The translations under genes and the position numbers were made by a program. Shown one piece after another: positions 39,710 to 52,525 of a DNA stretch of 64,000 nt. The stretch spans positions 105,338,493-105,402,492 of the forward strand of contig NC_057718.1 of assembly GCF_004010195.1 (NCBI RefSeq). Direction: 5' to 3'. The number at the start of each line of letters is the position of its first letter. Position 1 is the first letter of the stretch. This DNA comes from Chiloscyllium plagiosum. Lineage: Eukaryota. The notes below the pieces were generated by a model, which saw nothing but the letters and a program-made list of their open reading frames with translations, searched no databases and had not been told where the DNA came from.

Positions 39710-42119
39710 GTGTGTGTTATTATTCTAGAGAATTTTATCTATTTTGACCTCATTAATTTTATTCTCTATGCATTATCAGACTGAGTGAGCATTGGTCAAA
39801 ATCACTGGGGAAGAGTCCTGCCACAGCATTATTTGCCTTAAAGCAATGTGAGAAATCTTTGCTGTTTCCTCATTTGAACTTGGCTTTATCACATTGCATA
39901 AGCAGAGAAATCGGTAACATAGCTTTCATTTAGCATTACTGGTGGGAAAACATCTAGAAATAATAATTCAGGATAAAATTAATAGTCACTTGGACAACTT
40001 AATTAAGGAAACTTAGTATGGTTCTGTTAGGGGCTTATACTGTTCAACTAATGGTGGAGGTTTTAGATGAGCTGACACAGATTTTTGATAAGCACACTGT
40101 TGCTGATGTTGTATAAAGCAGTTGGCTTGAGAGGGTTAACTGAGAAACTCTGCCCACTGAAAGATAAATGATTGTCTTCGTCTTTGTGGGAAGTGCTAGT
40201 TAGCTCTAGTTTGTTGTTAGTTATCAGTCATTTCTGGTGCAACAACTCAAGCAGCAGAGCAACATTTTCCTTAAGCCTCAATCAGCCCAAACCAGAGAAA
40301 ACATATATAAAAAGAGTTTCAATAAAGCGAGGAAGGAAGAGATCATTGTCAATATCCTAGGAAAGAAACAGTCAATGTTATGTTCAAGGTAAGTCCTAGA
40401 AGCGAAAATGATAAAACAAACTTATTGGTCATTATTCTGGGCTGAGAAGCAGGGGAAAGGTAGAAACAAATCAGCTTCAGTGAAACTGAGCACTATTTTG
40501 ATCCAAATGACTTTTATTTTTATTGCCAACTACATCTTCAAAAGGAGTCATTATTTAAAATGTATTTTTGGTGAAAAGAACATGGAGAGACAGTACACAA
40601 TGACAGATACTATTCTCAAGGGTATGCAAGAGTACAAAGACCTGAGTGCACAGAAGCTATTAAAGGTGGCAGGGCATGTAGAAAGAGCTGTTAAAGCATA
40701 TTCTAGGCTTCATAAATAATGGTAGATAAGGAGAAATTGTGCCTGCTCATAAATGGATCAAGAACCAGAGAGCACAGTTTTAAAGTATTTTACAAAAGAA
40801 GCAAATGTGAGGTGAGTAAACAGTGTTTTCACACAAGTAGTTAGGACTGTGCTGCCTGGAGATTGGGTCAAGAGTGGATTGATGATTTACTTACAAACAA
40901 TATGCATAGTTACAAGGAATAAGAAGAAGATTGGCACTAAGTTAAAATGCTTAGAGAACCAGTGCTGATATGGTGGGCCGAATGGCCTCCTGCTGCACCT
41001 CATCTGTGATTCTGTCGGGGATAATGGTAAACTTGATATACTTGCTAAACCATTGTATTGTGTGTTAAACAAGGGGGGGGGGGGGGGAAGAGAGAGAGAC
41101 ATTGCTTAGGGGAGATATATAATGTTGTTGGCTTGAAAGGGTCAACTCCAAAGCTTTTGAATTGCTCTGCCTACTGATATATAAATAACTGTCCCTTTGA
41201 GGCACTAATTAGTTCTGGTTTATGGTTAGTCACTGTACAGTGTACACCCATGTAACATAGACCTAGATGCTATCTCTTGGGAGAAAACGATGCCTCTTAG
41301 TGTTACTGTAGTTAGAAATCTCTAATTAACCTATTAACTTAGTATTATCTAATAAACTACCTCTTGTTACTCACGTATGTGCTATTTCTGACTTTTTGGT
41401 GGTTATCCCTTTACCACCTCGTACTAGTAAGCGCTATGGACAAGAAAGGTTGGTGGAAAATAAAGATCTGAGCACAACCAAATGTCAGTTAGAGGCATCT
41501 CTTAGACGGATGTGATGGACATGGATTTTTAACTGCTATTTGATCAATGCTGTACAATACACCTGTGTGTAAAGTAAGAGATCATGAAATAAAAGAGACA
41601 GCAGCAACATGATTATAAGACTACCTGAGGTAACGGGAAATAGAGTAGTAGTAAATGGATGTTTTTGACTGAATGAAGATTTATGAACAGGCAGCTGGAG
41701 GAAAACAGCAAACCAGGTAGCATCAAGAGGTGAGAAGTCGACGTTTCGGGTGTAAACCTTCTTCAGGAATGGAAGTGGGATGGGGATCAGCAGCTCGCCC
41801 TACCCGCACCACCAGTCCTGAAGAAGGGTTGTACTCTAAATGTCGATTTCTCCATCTCCCGATGCTGCCTGGCTTGCTGTGTTCCTCCAGCCTCCTGCCT
41901 ATCTCCTTTGGATTCCAGCCTCTGCAGCTTTTCTGTCTGTGGGTTAATGTTTATAACAGAGTTCCCAGGGTCATTGTTCAGATCTTTGCTCTTCCTGTAC
42001 ATTAATGACTTCAACCTTTGTCGCAAGGCAAACTTCAAAATTTGCACATTACATGAAACCTGGAAGTATTCTGAGCTTTGAGTTAGGTAATGTATAACTT
42101 CAAAAGTACATACAGAGAT

Positions 42120-43387
42120 TGATGGAAAATGTTCGAATAACTGGGCCCCATGCTAGGGGTATAACCCTGGCAAAGGAGTTTGGAAAGGAAGTGGCAGCAA
42201 AGGGTGTTGGGAAGATGAAAAAAGTAAAAGTAAAAAGGAACTGCACCACCATCTTCTCAAGAGCAACTAGAGATGATCAACAAATGGGCTGGCCAGCGAC
42301 ACCCACATCCCAGGAATGAATAAAAACAGACTAAAAGGTTGGCAAGGCGCTAAAAGGAGGAAGAGAAGAAAGAAGAAAGGAACTTGTGTGCAATGGAAGA
42401 CAATATAGGATTTGAGTTTTGTGCTGAAAAATGTGTTGCTGGAAAAGCGCAGCAGGTCAGGCAGCATCCAAGGAGCAGGAGAATCGACGTTCGATTCTCC
42501 TGCTCTTTGGATGCTGCTTGACCTGCTGTGCTGTTCCAGCAACACATTTGTCAGCTCTGATCTTCAGCATCTGCAGTCCTCACTTTCTCCTATTTGAGTT
42601 TTGTGGTTCTTTAATGCCCAAGATTCTGATGCATGCTACATGTATTGTGCTGGTCACTGTCTCTTGGCAATCACAAAAGGCCTTCAAAAAGATTCAATTC
42701 TGCTTTGAAACTGTGCATAGTCCTTTTGAAGACAAACACAACATTTGCTTCACAAGGCCTTTTACTATTAAATGGCTGGAACTGTCTAGATGCTCCCTTC
42801 ATCCTCTGTCAGCAGCCCTTAAAAGTGAAAATCTTATTGAAAGTATTAAAATTAGGATAACGCGAGAGGTTCCTGAGGGGACAATGTTTTTTTACAAATC
42901 AGCTTTTGGCAGACCCTACTGTGTCCAGCTATACCCTGAAAATCTACACCATTATTAAAAACATAGATTGGTTGTCTTAAATCCTTTGACCTCTTTTACA
43001 AATTAACTTTCTGCGAAAAAACTATTAAAATCTCTAAGCAGGGCTTAATCTTCAGTAGTGCGAAAAACAACAGAACAACTTTGGCATTTTAAAGCCTATT
43101 TTTGTCATGGAACAGTTTATTTATGGAGTGATTTAGAATTTAAAAGTAACTGCATAAAAATGTTGAGAAAGCATCTACTGATTCATGTGTCAGTCTAAAC
43201 TTCAAATTTGCTCAATTTCCCTTATTGTTAAAGAAGGGAATGAGAAAGGAGATAAGAGTGAAAACAACTGTGGTAAACCAAATGCATCTAGCAAGGCATG
43301 ATGAAGGTATGCAGCTTCAACAAATATCTGAGCAAAACTATTTAAAAATATCTACTCTACATCAGGAGCAGAATGCTGGAATGTCAC
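42120..43387 (+). repeat. Copy 1 of a long inverted duplication (partner 55528-56592)
   Basis: Near-identical ORF translations on opposite strands (42431..42958 + vs 55954..56316 -; 42633..42860 + vs 56070..56279 -). The nucleotide match extends to gagcagaatgctggaatgtcac. Confidence 0.92.
42424..42591. mobile_element. Palindromic Penelope-derived mini-element truncated at the hammerhead stem III
   Basis: Arms meet at gagaatcgacgttcgattctc. 14-bp TSD ATTTGAGTTTTGTG (42410-23, 42592-605). Confidence 0.9.
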
Positions 43388-46300
43388 AAAAAGCTGACTG
43401 ATGAAAGTTAATATAGATAAATTAATTTTTGTAGGAAGAAAGTTAAGAGATAATATAAAACAAAGGGCACAATTCTAAAAGGAATGCACAGGCAGTCAGA
43501 CCTGGGTGTATATGTGCATACATCAGTAAAGTGGAAATAATAGCTACATAGAGTGGCTAAGCTTGTATAAAACACTAGTTCAGATTTAACTGGTATATTG
43601 TTTCCAGTTCTGAAGGTATTAGAAAAGGTACAGAAAATCATGAGATGATTTGGAAGATGGAGCACTTCAGTTACATAGATTGGAGAAGTTGAACCTTGGA
43701 GAAGAGAAGGTTGGGAAGAGAATTGAGAGAGATTTTCAAAATGTGGGTAATTGGAACAGGCTAAATGGGATCAATGTTTCACCAAAATGCTGGGTGATCA
43801 AAAACAAGAGGGCCATTTTAAGGTATTGTCAGAAGAAGATATCTTCACAGAAGTTTGGATCTAGAATAGATTGCCTGATTGGTGTAGGCTGGTCACTCTG
43901 GACATTCAAGAGGTCTTGGATTATTATCTGAAAAGGAAGAATGTGCAGGGTTACAAGGGGCAAGTGGAGGAATGACGCTGGCTACTCCAAGCTGGATGTT
44001 ATACAAAGGATCCAACTTGTGTTCTTGCAGCTGACATTTTGGTGTGGGCAGTCCACTATCACTGCAGTGCAGGGTGTGTAGCGAGGCATTTCAGGGGATG
44101 TGGAGCGCTTCCAGGTGCCAGACCTCTGGATGCAGTTGCTGATTTGATGCAAAGGAGATGAATTTAACAATCACATGTATGACCAAGGAGACCTGTACTT
44201 TCCCGCTCATGGATTCCATCAAAGTATTATTGCATTATGAAAATTCCCTTGAATCATTCTAGGTACTTCACAAATGAAGATGGCTGCATATTTGATGGAT
44301 CTTGGATAGTATTAATGCTTTATTTAGTGGCTTAGATTGAAAGTTTTTAAAAGATGTTTTTATCCCTTCTGAAAATGTTGAAGTTTTCTTGCCTCTAGAA
44401 TCCCAAGAATGCCATTGTTTCCAGTACCTTGTCAGAGTACCATTTCTTGGGGTGAGCCATTTTTCTGGTTGTTTATAAGCTGTGGTCACAGTGAGGGAAG
44501 TGAAGTGAGATTACCCACTATCGTTTGGATTCAGTGTCTGGAAACTAGTCAGTTTTTCTAGCTTAACCAAATGGCTGTGGTGGTTAGACGCTGCTGTGCA
44601 GACTGTGGGAGGGGAAGGTCATAGGTGAGCTGTTATCTAGAATATTAAAGCAAGGTTGGTGAGGGTTGCTGCAACAATTTGACGACTGTCCAGACTGGAG
44701 CAATGGACAACTAGAAGGAGGGGACAATACCCATGCAAAAAATTCAAAGATTTGAATGTGCAGACTTTCAAAAATATGAAATAAAGGCCACCCCAACAGA
44801 AGGTTCAGGTGCAGGATGGTCAGTCATGCTGATTTTTGGATCCCTTCACTGATTCAAAGACATTAGGCAACTAAAAAGCTGCCATTGGAGTATTAGTCAT
44901 TTAAAGAAAAAAATCCTACCTCTAAGAGTTGCGAGCCAATCCGAGGATTGACAGGTCTTCAAATCTCAGCAGTAGCACCAGGAGCAACAGCTACCTACTA
45001 GAATTAAAGACAGCTCCCCTCATAATTTGTATTTTTTTTTGTCAGCAATTTTGATAGAAATAAAATCCATTTATTTTCAATGGATTTTCTTAAAGTAGCA
45101 GAAAGATAAATGTGCATCTTTAAGCAATGCTCTGAAATGTTTATATTAATACTGAGAGATCATAAGACCACAAAATGTAGGAACAGAAGAAGGCCATTCA
45201 ACCCATAGAGTCTGCTCCATCATTCATTGAGATCGGTGTGACCTGATAATCCTTAAATCTATTTTCCTGCCTTTTCCCAGTAATCTCGATCTCCTTACTA
45301 GTTAGAAATTTGTCTGTCTCAGCCTTGATTATATTTAATTACTCAGTCTCCACAGCCCTCTGCAGTAAATAATATATTTATTTACTCTATGCCTGTTTGC
45401 CAGTGGCTCAAGTAGTAATCCAGAGATTATCACCTTGGAAGTTCTGCTTTTTAATTTGACTGTTAATTGTTCAAATTCCTTCTGCAGAACCTCCTTCCAC
45501 CATTGACAATATATATGTCAAAATCCTTAATTAGAGAAAAAAAAACTGCAGATGCTGGAATCCAAAGTTAACAAGCAGGAGGCTGGACGAACACAGCAAG
45601 CCAGGCAGCATCAGGAGGTGGCGAGGTTGACGTTTTGGGTATAACTTTTCCTCAGGACTGGGGATGGGTATAGGGGGAGCTGCAGATAAAGGATGTGGTG
45701 AAGGGATGGTGGTGAAGTGGGGATAGGAGAAGACAGGGAGACTGTACAACCTGGTTGGTCAATGGGAGGAATGAATCTAGTTGGTAGCAGAGAGAAGTGG
45801 AAGGGAGGGGGAGGAGCTAGGAAGAGAGTCAGGGAATGGGAAGGGAGGTCATTTGATAATGGAGAATTCAATATTGAGTCCTCCGGGCTGTAGGCTGCCC
45901 AGATGGAAGATGAGGTGTTGTTCCTCCAATTTGTGGTTCAGTTCGTTTTGGCAATGGAGGAGGTAAAGGATGGTCATGTCGGAAAGGGAGTGGAAGGGGA
46001 ATTAAAATGGGCAGTGACTGTGAGGTCTAATTGGCCCTTGTGAGTCCAGCTGAGATGCTCGGTGAATCATTCCCTAAGTTTATGTTTGCTCTCCCTGATG
46101 TAGAGAAGACCACATCGGGAGCTCCTGATGCAGTAACCTAAGTTGAAAGAAAATTAGGTGAAACTCTGTCCCACTTGGAAGAACTGTTGGGGGCCTGGAT
46201 GGAGGTGAGGGGGTGGTGGATCGGCAGGTTTTGCATCTTTTCCAGTTGCAGTCAGTGGGGAGAGTGGCCCAACCAAGGATTATCGATGGCAATAGTCCTT

Positions 46301-47174
46301 GCGGTAGGCTGAGAGGGATGGGGAGGGGCAGATGTTCTTGGTGATGGAGTCTAGTTGGAGTTGGCGGGAGTGTTTAAGGATGATGCATTGGATGCAGAGA
46401 CTGGTGGGATGGTAGGTGAGGACAAGGGGGACTCTGTCTTTATCGCGTTCGGCAGGGGTGTCCCACACCCCACTTCACCCTCAAATTCACTTGGTCCATC
46501 TCAGACACCTCCGTTCCCTTTCTTGACCTCTCCACTTCCATCTCCGGTGACAATCTCCAGATGGATGTTTACTACAAACCCACAGACTCCCATAGCTACC
46601 TGGACTACACCTCCTGCCACTCGGTATCCTGCAAGAACTCCATCCCATTCTCCCAGTTCCTCCGTCTCCACCATATCTGCTCGGATGAGGAGACATTCCA
46701 TTCCCAAGCTTTTCCTCCCTCTGTCATCCAGGCAGCCCTCCACCACACCACCTCCATTCCCTGTTCCACTGCTCTAAACCCCCCTATTCCAAACACGATA
46801 AAGACAGAGGCCCCTTTGTCCTCACCTACCGCCCCATCAGTCTCGCATCCAACGTATCATCCTTAAACACTTTTAACAACTCCAGTGGCCCCCACCTTCA
46901 AGAATATCTTCCCCTACCCACCCCTCTCTGCCTTCTGCAAGGACCGTTCCCTTCAACAGTCCTTGGTTTGCGCCACTCTCCCCACCAACCACCCTAAAGC
47001 CCCAGGTACCTTCCCCTGCAACTGGAAAAGATGCAAAACCTGCCAGTACACCGATCCCCTCACCTCCACCAAGGGTCCCAAATAGTCCTTCCAGGTTAGA
47101 TAGAGATTCAACTGCCTCTCTTCCAATCTAGTTTACTGTATTAGGTGCTCCCGATGCAGTCTTCTCTACATCAT

Positions 47175-47492
47175 GGGCGGCACGGTGGCACAGTGGTTAG
47201 CACTGCTGCCTCACAGCGCCAGAGACCCGGGTTCAATTCCCGCCTCAGGCGACTGACTGTGTGGAATTTGCACTTTCTCCCCGTGTCTGCGTGGGTTTCC
47301 TCTGGGTGCTCCAGTTTTCTCCCTTAGTCCAAAGATGTGCAGGTCAGGTGAATTGGTCATACTAAAATTGCCCGCAGTGTTAGGTAAGGGGTAAATGTAG
47401 AGGTATGGGTGGGTTGCACTTCGGCGGGTCGGTGTGGACTTGTTGGGCCGAAGGGCCTGTTTCCACACTGTAATGTAATCTAATCTAATCTA
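47175..47492 (+). mobile_element. V-SINE (HE1-like), full length
   Basis: GGGCGGCACGGTGGCACAGTGG head, B box, V core and (TAATC)n tail. Confidence 0.92.
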
Positions 47493-47717
47493 AAAAATCG
47501 GAGAGGCCAAACATAAACTTGGGTTCACCAAGCAACTCACCTGAGCCCGCATGTCTGTCCCCTCCCAGTCACTGCCAATTTAAATTCCTTTCCCACTCCC
47601 TTTCCAACATGACCATTCTTGACCTCATCCATGCCATAACAAACGAAACCGCAAAGTGGAAGAAAAACACATCATTTTTGACCCAGGCAGCCTACAACCT
47701 GGAGTACTCAGCATTGA

Positions 47718-48031
47718 TTAGATTAGATTACTTTACAGTGTGGAAACAGGCCCTTCGGCCCAACAAGTCCACGCCGACCCACCGAAGCGCAACCCACCCA
47801 ATACCCCTACATTTACCCCTTACCTAACACTACGGACAATTTAGCATGGCCAATTCACCTGGCCTGCACATCTTTGGACTGTGGGAGGAAACCGGAGCAC
47901 CCGGAGGAAACCCACGCAGACACGGGGAGAATGTGCAAACTCCACACAGTCAGTCGCCTGAGGCAGGAATTGAACCCGGGTCTCTAGCGCTGTGAGGCAG
48001 CAGAGCTAACCACTGTGCCACCGTGCCGCCC
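47718..48031 (-). mobile_element. V-SINE (HE1-like), full length
   Basis: Near-identical to 5009-5330 and inverted relative to 47175-47492. Confidence 0.92.
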
Positions 48032-48123
48032 AAGTTCTCCAATTTCAAATGTCTTCCCTTTCCATCTCTCTCCCCCTCCCTTCCACTCCTCCCAGCCACC
48101 AACTGGATTCATTCTTCCCATTG

Positions 48124-48326
48124 GGTGAAAGTGAGTACTACAGATGCTGGAGATTAGAGTCAAGAGCGTAGTGCTGGAAAAGCACAGAAAGTCAGGCAGC
48201 ATCCGAGAAGCAGGAAAATCAACGTTTCGGGCAAAAGCCCTTCCTGATGAAGGAATTTTGCTTGAAACGTCGATCTTCCTGCTCCTCAGATGCTGCCTAA
48301 CCTACTGTGCTTTTCCAGCATCACAC
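48124..48326. mobile_element. Palindromic Penelope-derived mini-element; hammerhead-like core at 48244-48271 (+)
   Basis: Inverted arms and an imperfect 15-bp TSD TCATTCTTCCCATTG / TCATTCCTCCTATTG. Confidence 0.82.
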
Positions 48327-49439
48327 TCATTCCTCCTATTGACCAACCAGATTGTACCATCCACCTGTCTTCACCAATCCCCACTTCACCACCCTGCCCC
48401 CTACACCTATCCCCAGTATTGAATAAGGGTTACGTCTGAAATGTCGACTTCTCCACCTCCTGATGCTGCCTGACTTGCTGTGTTCTTCAAAATTTGCTTA
48501 ATTAGCAGATTCTTGCAGTTGAGGTGCATCCCTGAGACACTGTGGTATATGTTACGACAGTGATGGTTCCAACCTCCAGTAATGTTTCCTTGGGCATTAT
48601 TATTGTGAGAGCAAGAACCAACAATGAAATTGTATTAAAAGTAGAATTTATTCTTTTGGATTGATTTATAATCCATCTTGGGGAACCTGCGGCCTCATTT
48701 GGTTGTGGATCAGATTCATGCCAACAACAGGAGTTCAATCCTTTTCCTGGCTGAGGTTATTTTGTGACTTGCCCCACCCATGGTGGAAGTTGTGGCACAT
48801 GGCACAGTGGGTCGGAGCTGTCTTTGGGCAGAGGACTCAAAACGTTGTATTGTTATTTTAATTGTCATTCAATAATTGGAGTTTTGTTAAATACTATAAT
48901 GTATTACAAGTGTTCTTGTAATCCCGGAACATCATTTTATTAGGCTGAAATTTCCCATTTTCTTTTTTGAGTGAGATTCCTGATGCTTGGTCTACCATGG
49001 AACCTAAACAATTGCACCAGGATGAAAATTAAGCTAGTTTTACAACAGACAGGCATTCTATCCTGCCAGGTTAGCACCCAGTCAGTGACAGTAAAATTAC
49101 ATCCTATTTAGTTGTGCCTGTGAGGCCATTGTCTCAGATAAGATCTTTTTAAAATTGCTTTCCAGATCTTTTGTTGTGGAGATTTGATTTGATTTGATTT
49201 GATTTATTTATTTATTTATTACAAAATATAGTGAAATGTTTTGAATAGTATCACCATTCTCGGGCACCATGATAAAACACAGAAAAATAAAGAAAAATTG
49301 TTCAGCTTTATAGCCCGTCTTGTTAAGTGTGCTGCCGTAGGCATGGTAGCCAGGCTTGAGTCCCCTGCACTGCACAGCAACACCTGGAACAAAAATCACC
49401 ACCCTTCGGTGCCATCTCTCCTTCACCAACAAGATAGTC

Positions 49440-50295
49440 ATAGCTATAGAGATATACATCATGAAAACAGACCCTTTGGGTCAACTTGTCCATGCCAACC
49501 AGATATCTTAAATTAATCTAGTCCCATTTGAATGAATGAATTAGCTTTATTGTTGCATATACTCAACTGGTACAGTGAAAAGTTTATATGTCGCTTACTT
49601 ACAGCAACATCTTAGATACAAAGGTACCCAGATCCAGCTTCTTTAATCACGAGATCTTTGAAAATGGAGAAATAAAATGTCAAGCATTGTAGAATTACAA
49701 GTCCAGAACAGCAGTCTTCCAACCCATTCCACATTGACACCTAGCTTCCAATCCACACCGGGCTCTGGCTCCAGACCGCGCCGGGCTTCACCTTGAGGAT
49801 CATGAGGTTGGGAGATCACTCCAGACCACCACTCCGGGCCCCAGCCTTTGGCCCATTATCCTCTCAACCCTTCCTATTCATGTACCCATCCAGATGCCTT
49901 TTAAATGTTACAATTTTATCCACCTCCACCGCCTTGCCGGCAGCTCATTCCACACTCGAACCACCTGTGTGAAAAAGTTGTTCCATAGGTCCCTTTTAAA
50001 TATTTCCCCCTCACCTTAAACTCATGTCCTCTAGTTTTGGACACCCCTATCCTGGGGGAAAAAAAAGACTTTAGCTATTCACCCTATCCATGCCCCTCAT
50101 GATTTTATAAACTTTGATAATGTCACCCCTCAGCCTCTGATTTTCCAGGTAAAATAGCCCCAGTCTATTCAGTCTCTCTCTATAACTCAAACCCTCCAAC
50201 CTGGTAACATCCTTGTAAGTCTTTTCTGAAGTTTCAAGATTCACAATATCTTTCCTATAGCAGGGATACAAGAATTGAACGCAGTATTCCAAAAG
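49440..50295 (-). mobile_element. CR1 LINE 3' end with nested insertion
   Basis: ORF 50071..50292 (EYCVQF..LSYRERLNRLGLF..RLRGDIIKVYKIMRGMDRV). Confidence 0.85.
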
Positions 50296-50904
50296 TACAT
50301 CCCTCCTGTGGTCTCACACTACCAAGGGAGCAGTCACTTTGAAATCACAAAACACTGACTCACCACAGGACAGCAGCTTGTATTTGTTGAGATGTATAGT
50401 ATCTAGTTCATTTTCCAAACTCTTTTTTCTTGAGTAACTACTAACATAGGGATATGAGAGAAAGGGAGTCTACAAGTCTGTACTATATACCATAATTCCT
50501 TGGGCCTCTGTAAAAATTAGCAGTTATGTTGTTTCATATTAGTTATCACCAACAGCCTTAGCAGCTTGAATTTACACAAGTCCATTAATGTTCCATGCCA
50601 TTTCACAGGTGTTATCAAAACTTGATACCGTAAGGGAATTAGTAGAAAACATGGGTTTAAAGAACAGCTTAAAGTGGAAAAAGAGTTGGAGGTTTGGGAG
50701 GGAATTCGGGACCACAGGGACCAGGCGACCTAAGGGACAGCCAATGATGGATTGAAATACTCAAGTCTAACATCAGTGGTAGGGAATGCAAAAAGGTTCT
50801 GTAGCAATTAATCTCACTTAGAGAGGCAAGAGTGATGGTTGAAAATTGTTTCTGTGACTTGTGGTGTATCACAGGGTTCAGTGCTGGATCCTTGATGCTT
50901 TTTG

Positions 50905-51626
50905 TGTACCTTCCATTGACTCTGTCTACACTTCCTGCTGCCTCGGGAAAACTGCCTGCATAACCAAAGAGCACTCCCACTTTGGTTGTACTCTCTTCCA
51001 CCCTCTTCCCAGGCAGAAGATGCAAAAGTTTGAAACGTACCAACAAATTTAAGAACAGCTTCTTCCCCACTGTTATCAGGTTTATGATGTGGAGTAGCTG
51101 GTGTTTGACTGGGGTGGACAAAATTAAAAATCGCACAATATCGGGTTATAGTCCAACAGGTTTATTTGGAAGTACAAGCTTTCAGAGCGCTGCTCCTTTA
51201 TCAGGTAACTAGTGGGGCAGGATCATAAGACACAGAATTTATAGCAAAAGATCACAGTGTCATCCAATTATATTATATTGAACAATATATTGTATGACAC
51301 AGTGATCTTCTGCTCTGAATTCTGTGCCTTATGATCCTGCCCCATTAGTTACCTGATGAAGGAGTGGCGCTCTGAAAGCTAGTACTTCAAATAAACCCTG
51401 TTGAACTATAACATGGTATTGTGTGATTTTTAATCAGGTTTATGAATGAACCTCTCATATATTAGAGCCGATCTTTCTCTGTATCTTCTCTGTAGCTCTA
51501 ACACTATATTCTGCATCCTGTCCTATTACCCTAATGTACTTATGTAAGCTATGATTTGTCTGGTTAGCACGCAACACAATACTTTTCAGTATATCTCAGA
51601 ACATGTGACAATAATAAATCAAATCA
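50905..51626 (+). mobile_element. Rex1/Babar-type LINE 3' end
   Basis: PSIDSVYTSCCLGKTACITKEHSHFGCTLFHPLP.GRR.KSLK.RTNKFKNSFFPTVIRFMN, with tail aataataaatcaaatca. Confidence 0.72.
51088..51432. mobile_element. Second-family palindromic mini-element with hammerhead cores (51176-51204 -, 51353-51381 +)
   Basis: About 140-bp inverted arms, CTGATGA-a-GGAG-tggcg-CTCT-GAAAG-CTA core, and 13-bp TSD ATCAGGTTTATGA (51075-87, 51433-45). Confidence 0.85.
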
Positions 51627-51634
51627 TCTCAAAA

Positions 51635-52525
51635 TCCTTAATAATCTAGACATGAATACAGAAGGTTTAATCAGTAAGTTTACAAATGATACAAAAATTG
51701 GTTGTGTGGTAAATAGTGAGAGGGAAAGCTTTAAGCTACAGTGCAGATGGACTGGTCAGATGGGCTGAACAATAGCGAATCAATTTTAATCCTGAAAAGT
51801 GAGAGGTGATGCATTTTGGGAGGACTAACAAGACGAGGGAGTACATGATAAATGATGGGGCTCTAGGAAGTCCAGTGAATCAAGTCCTTGAAGGCAACAG
51901 GATGGGTGGATAAAGTGGTGAAGGAGGCATATCGGATATTTGCTTTTATTAGTCAAGGTACTAAATACAAGAGCAAGGAGGTTATGAAGAAGCTGCATAT
52001 GACGTTAGTTAAGCTCCAGCTGAAGTATTGTGTGCAGTTTGGTCACCACACTATAGGAAGGATATAATTACACAAAGGTTAGTGTAGAAGAGATTCCCTG
52101 GATGTTGCCTGTGTTGGAGTGATGAGGAGAGACTAGATAGGCTGAGATTGTTCTCCTTAGAGCAATAAAGTTTGAGCAGGACCTGATTGAAGTGTACAGA
52201 ATGATAGGAATAAACCTTTCCTTTCAGTAGATGGCTGAACAATTGGGGGCATAAATTTGAGGTAAAGGGCAGGAGGTTTAGAGGGGATTTAAGGAAGAAT
52301 TTTGTCATCTGGGGGTAATGGGTATCTAGAACTCATACCTGAAAGGGTGCTAGAAGTACGGACCATCACAACATTTCAAAAATATTTTGATGAACTTTAG
52401 AAGAGCCAAACCATATAAGGCCAAGTGCTGGAATGGAATTAGGATAGGTAGTGGCATGATGACTATCATGGACACGATGGGTCGAAGAGCCATTTTCCAT
52501 TCTATGAAGCTCTAATTCTGTGACT
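51635..52525 (+). mobile_element. CR1 LINE 3' portion (5' part at about 50810-50900)
   Basis: aagtttacaaatgatacaaaaattgg (KFTNDTKI), gaggtgatgcattttggg, agtattgtgtgcagttt and tail. Confidence 0.85.

Larger units (their letters stand above)
41500..43980 (+). mobile_element. Old CR1 RT, split by a palindromic Penelope mini-element (about 41690-41945) and by the duplicated segment 42120-43387
   Basis: atggatttt..tttgat, gttcccaggg..cattaatgactt..aaaatttgcac on the left. gggcacaattctaaaagg..gacctgggtgtatatgtgcata on the right. Confidence 0.65.
45535..48500. mobile_element. Inverted-structure Penelope-like element (- half 45535-46460, + half 46460-48500) with nested insertions
   Basis: DVYYKPTDSHSYLDYTSCH..CKNSIPFSQFLRLHHICS, GTFPCNWKRCKTC, RVPLVLTYHP, and degenerate hammerhead termini at both ends. 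Confidence 0.88.

Noticed and set aside
42431..42958. 175-aa ORF with an apparent paralog at 55954..56316
   Set aside because: The similarity comes from the non-coding inverted duplication. There is no recognisable domain, and the start lies in a repeat.
49180..49220. (ATTTG)n/(ATTT)n microsatellite
   Set aside because: An ordinary retroelement tail.
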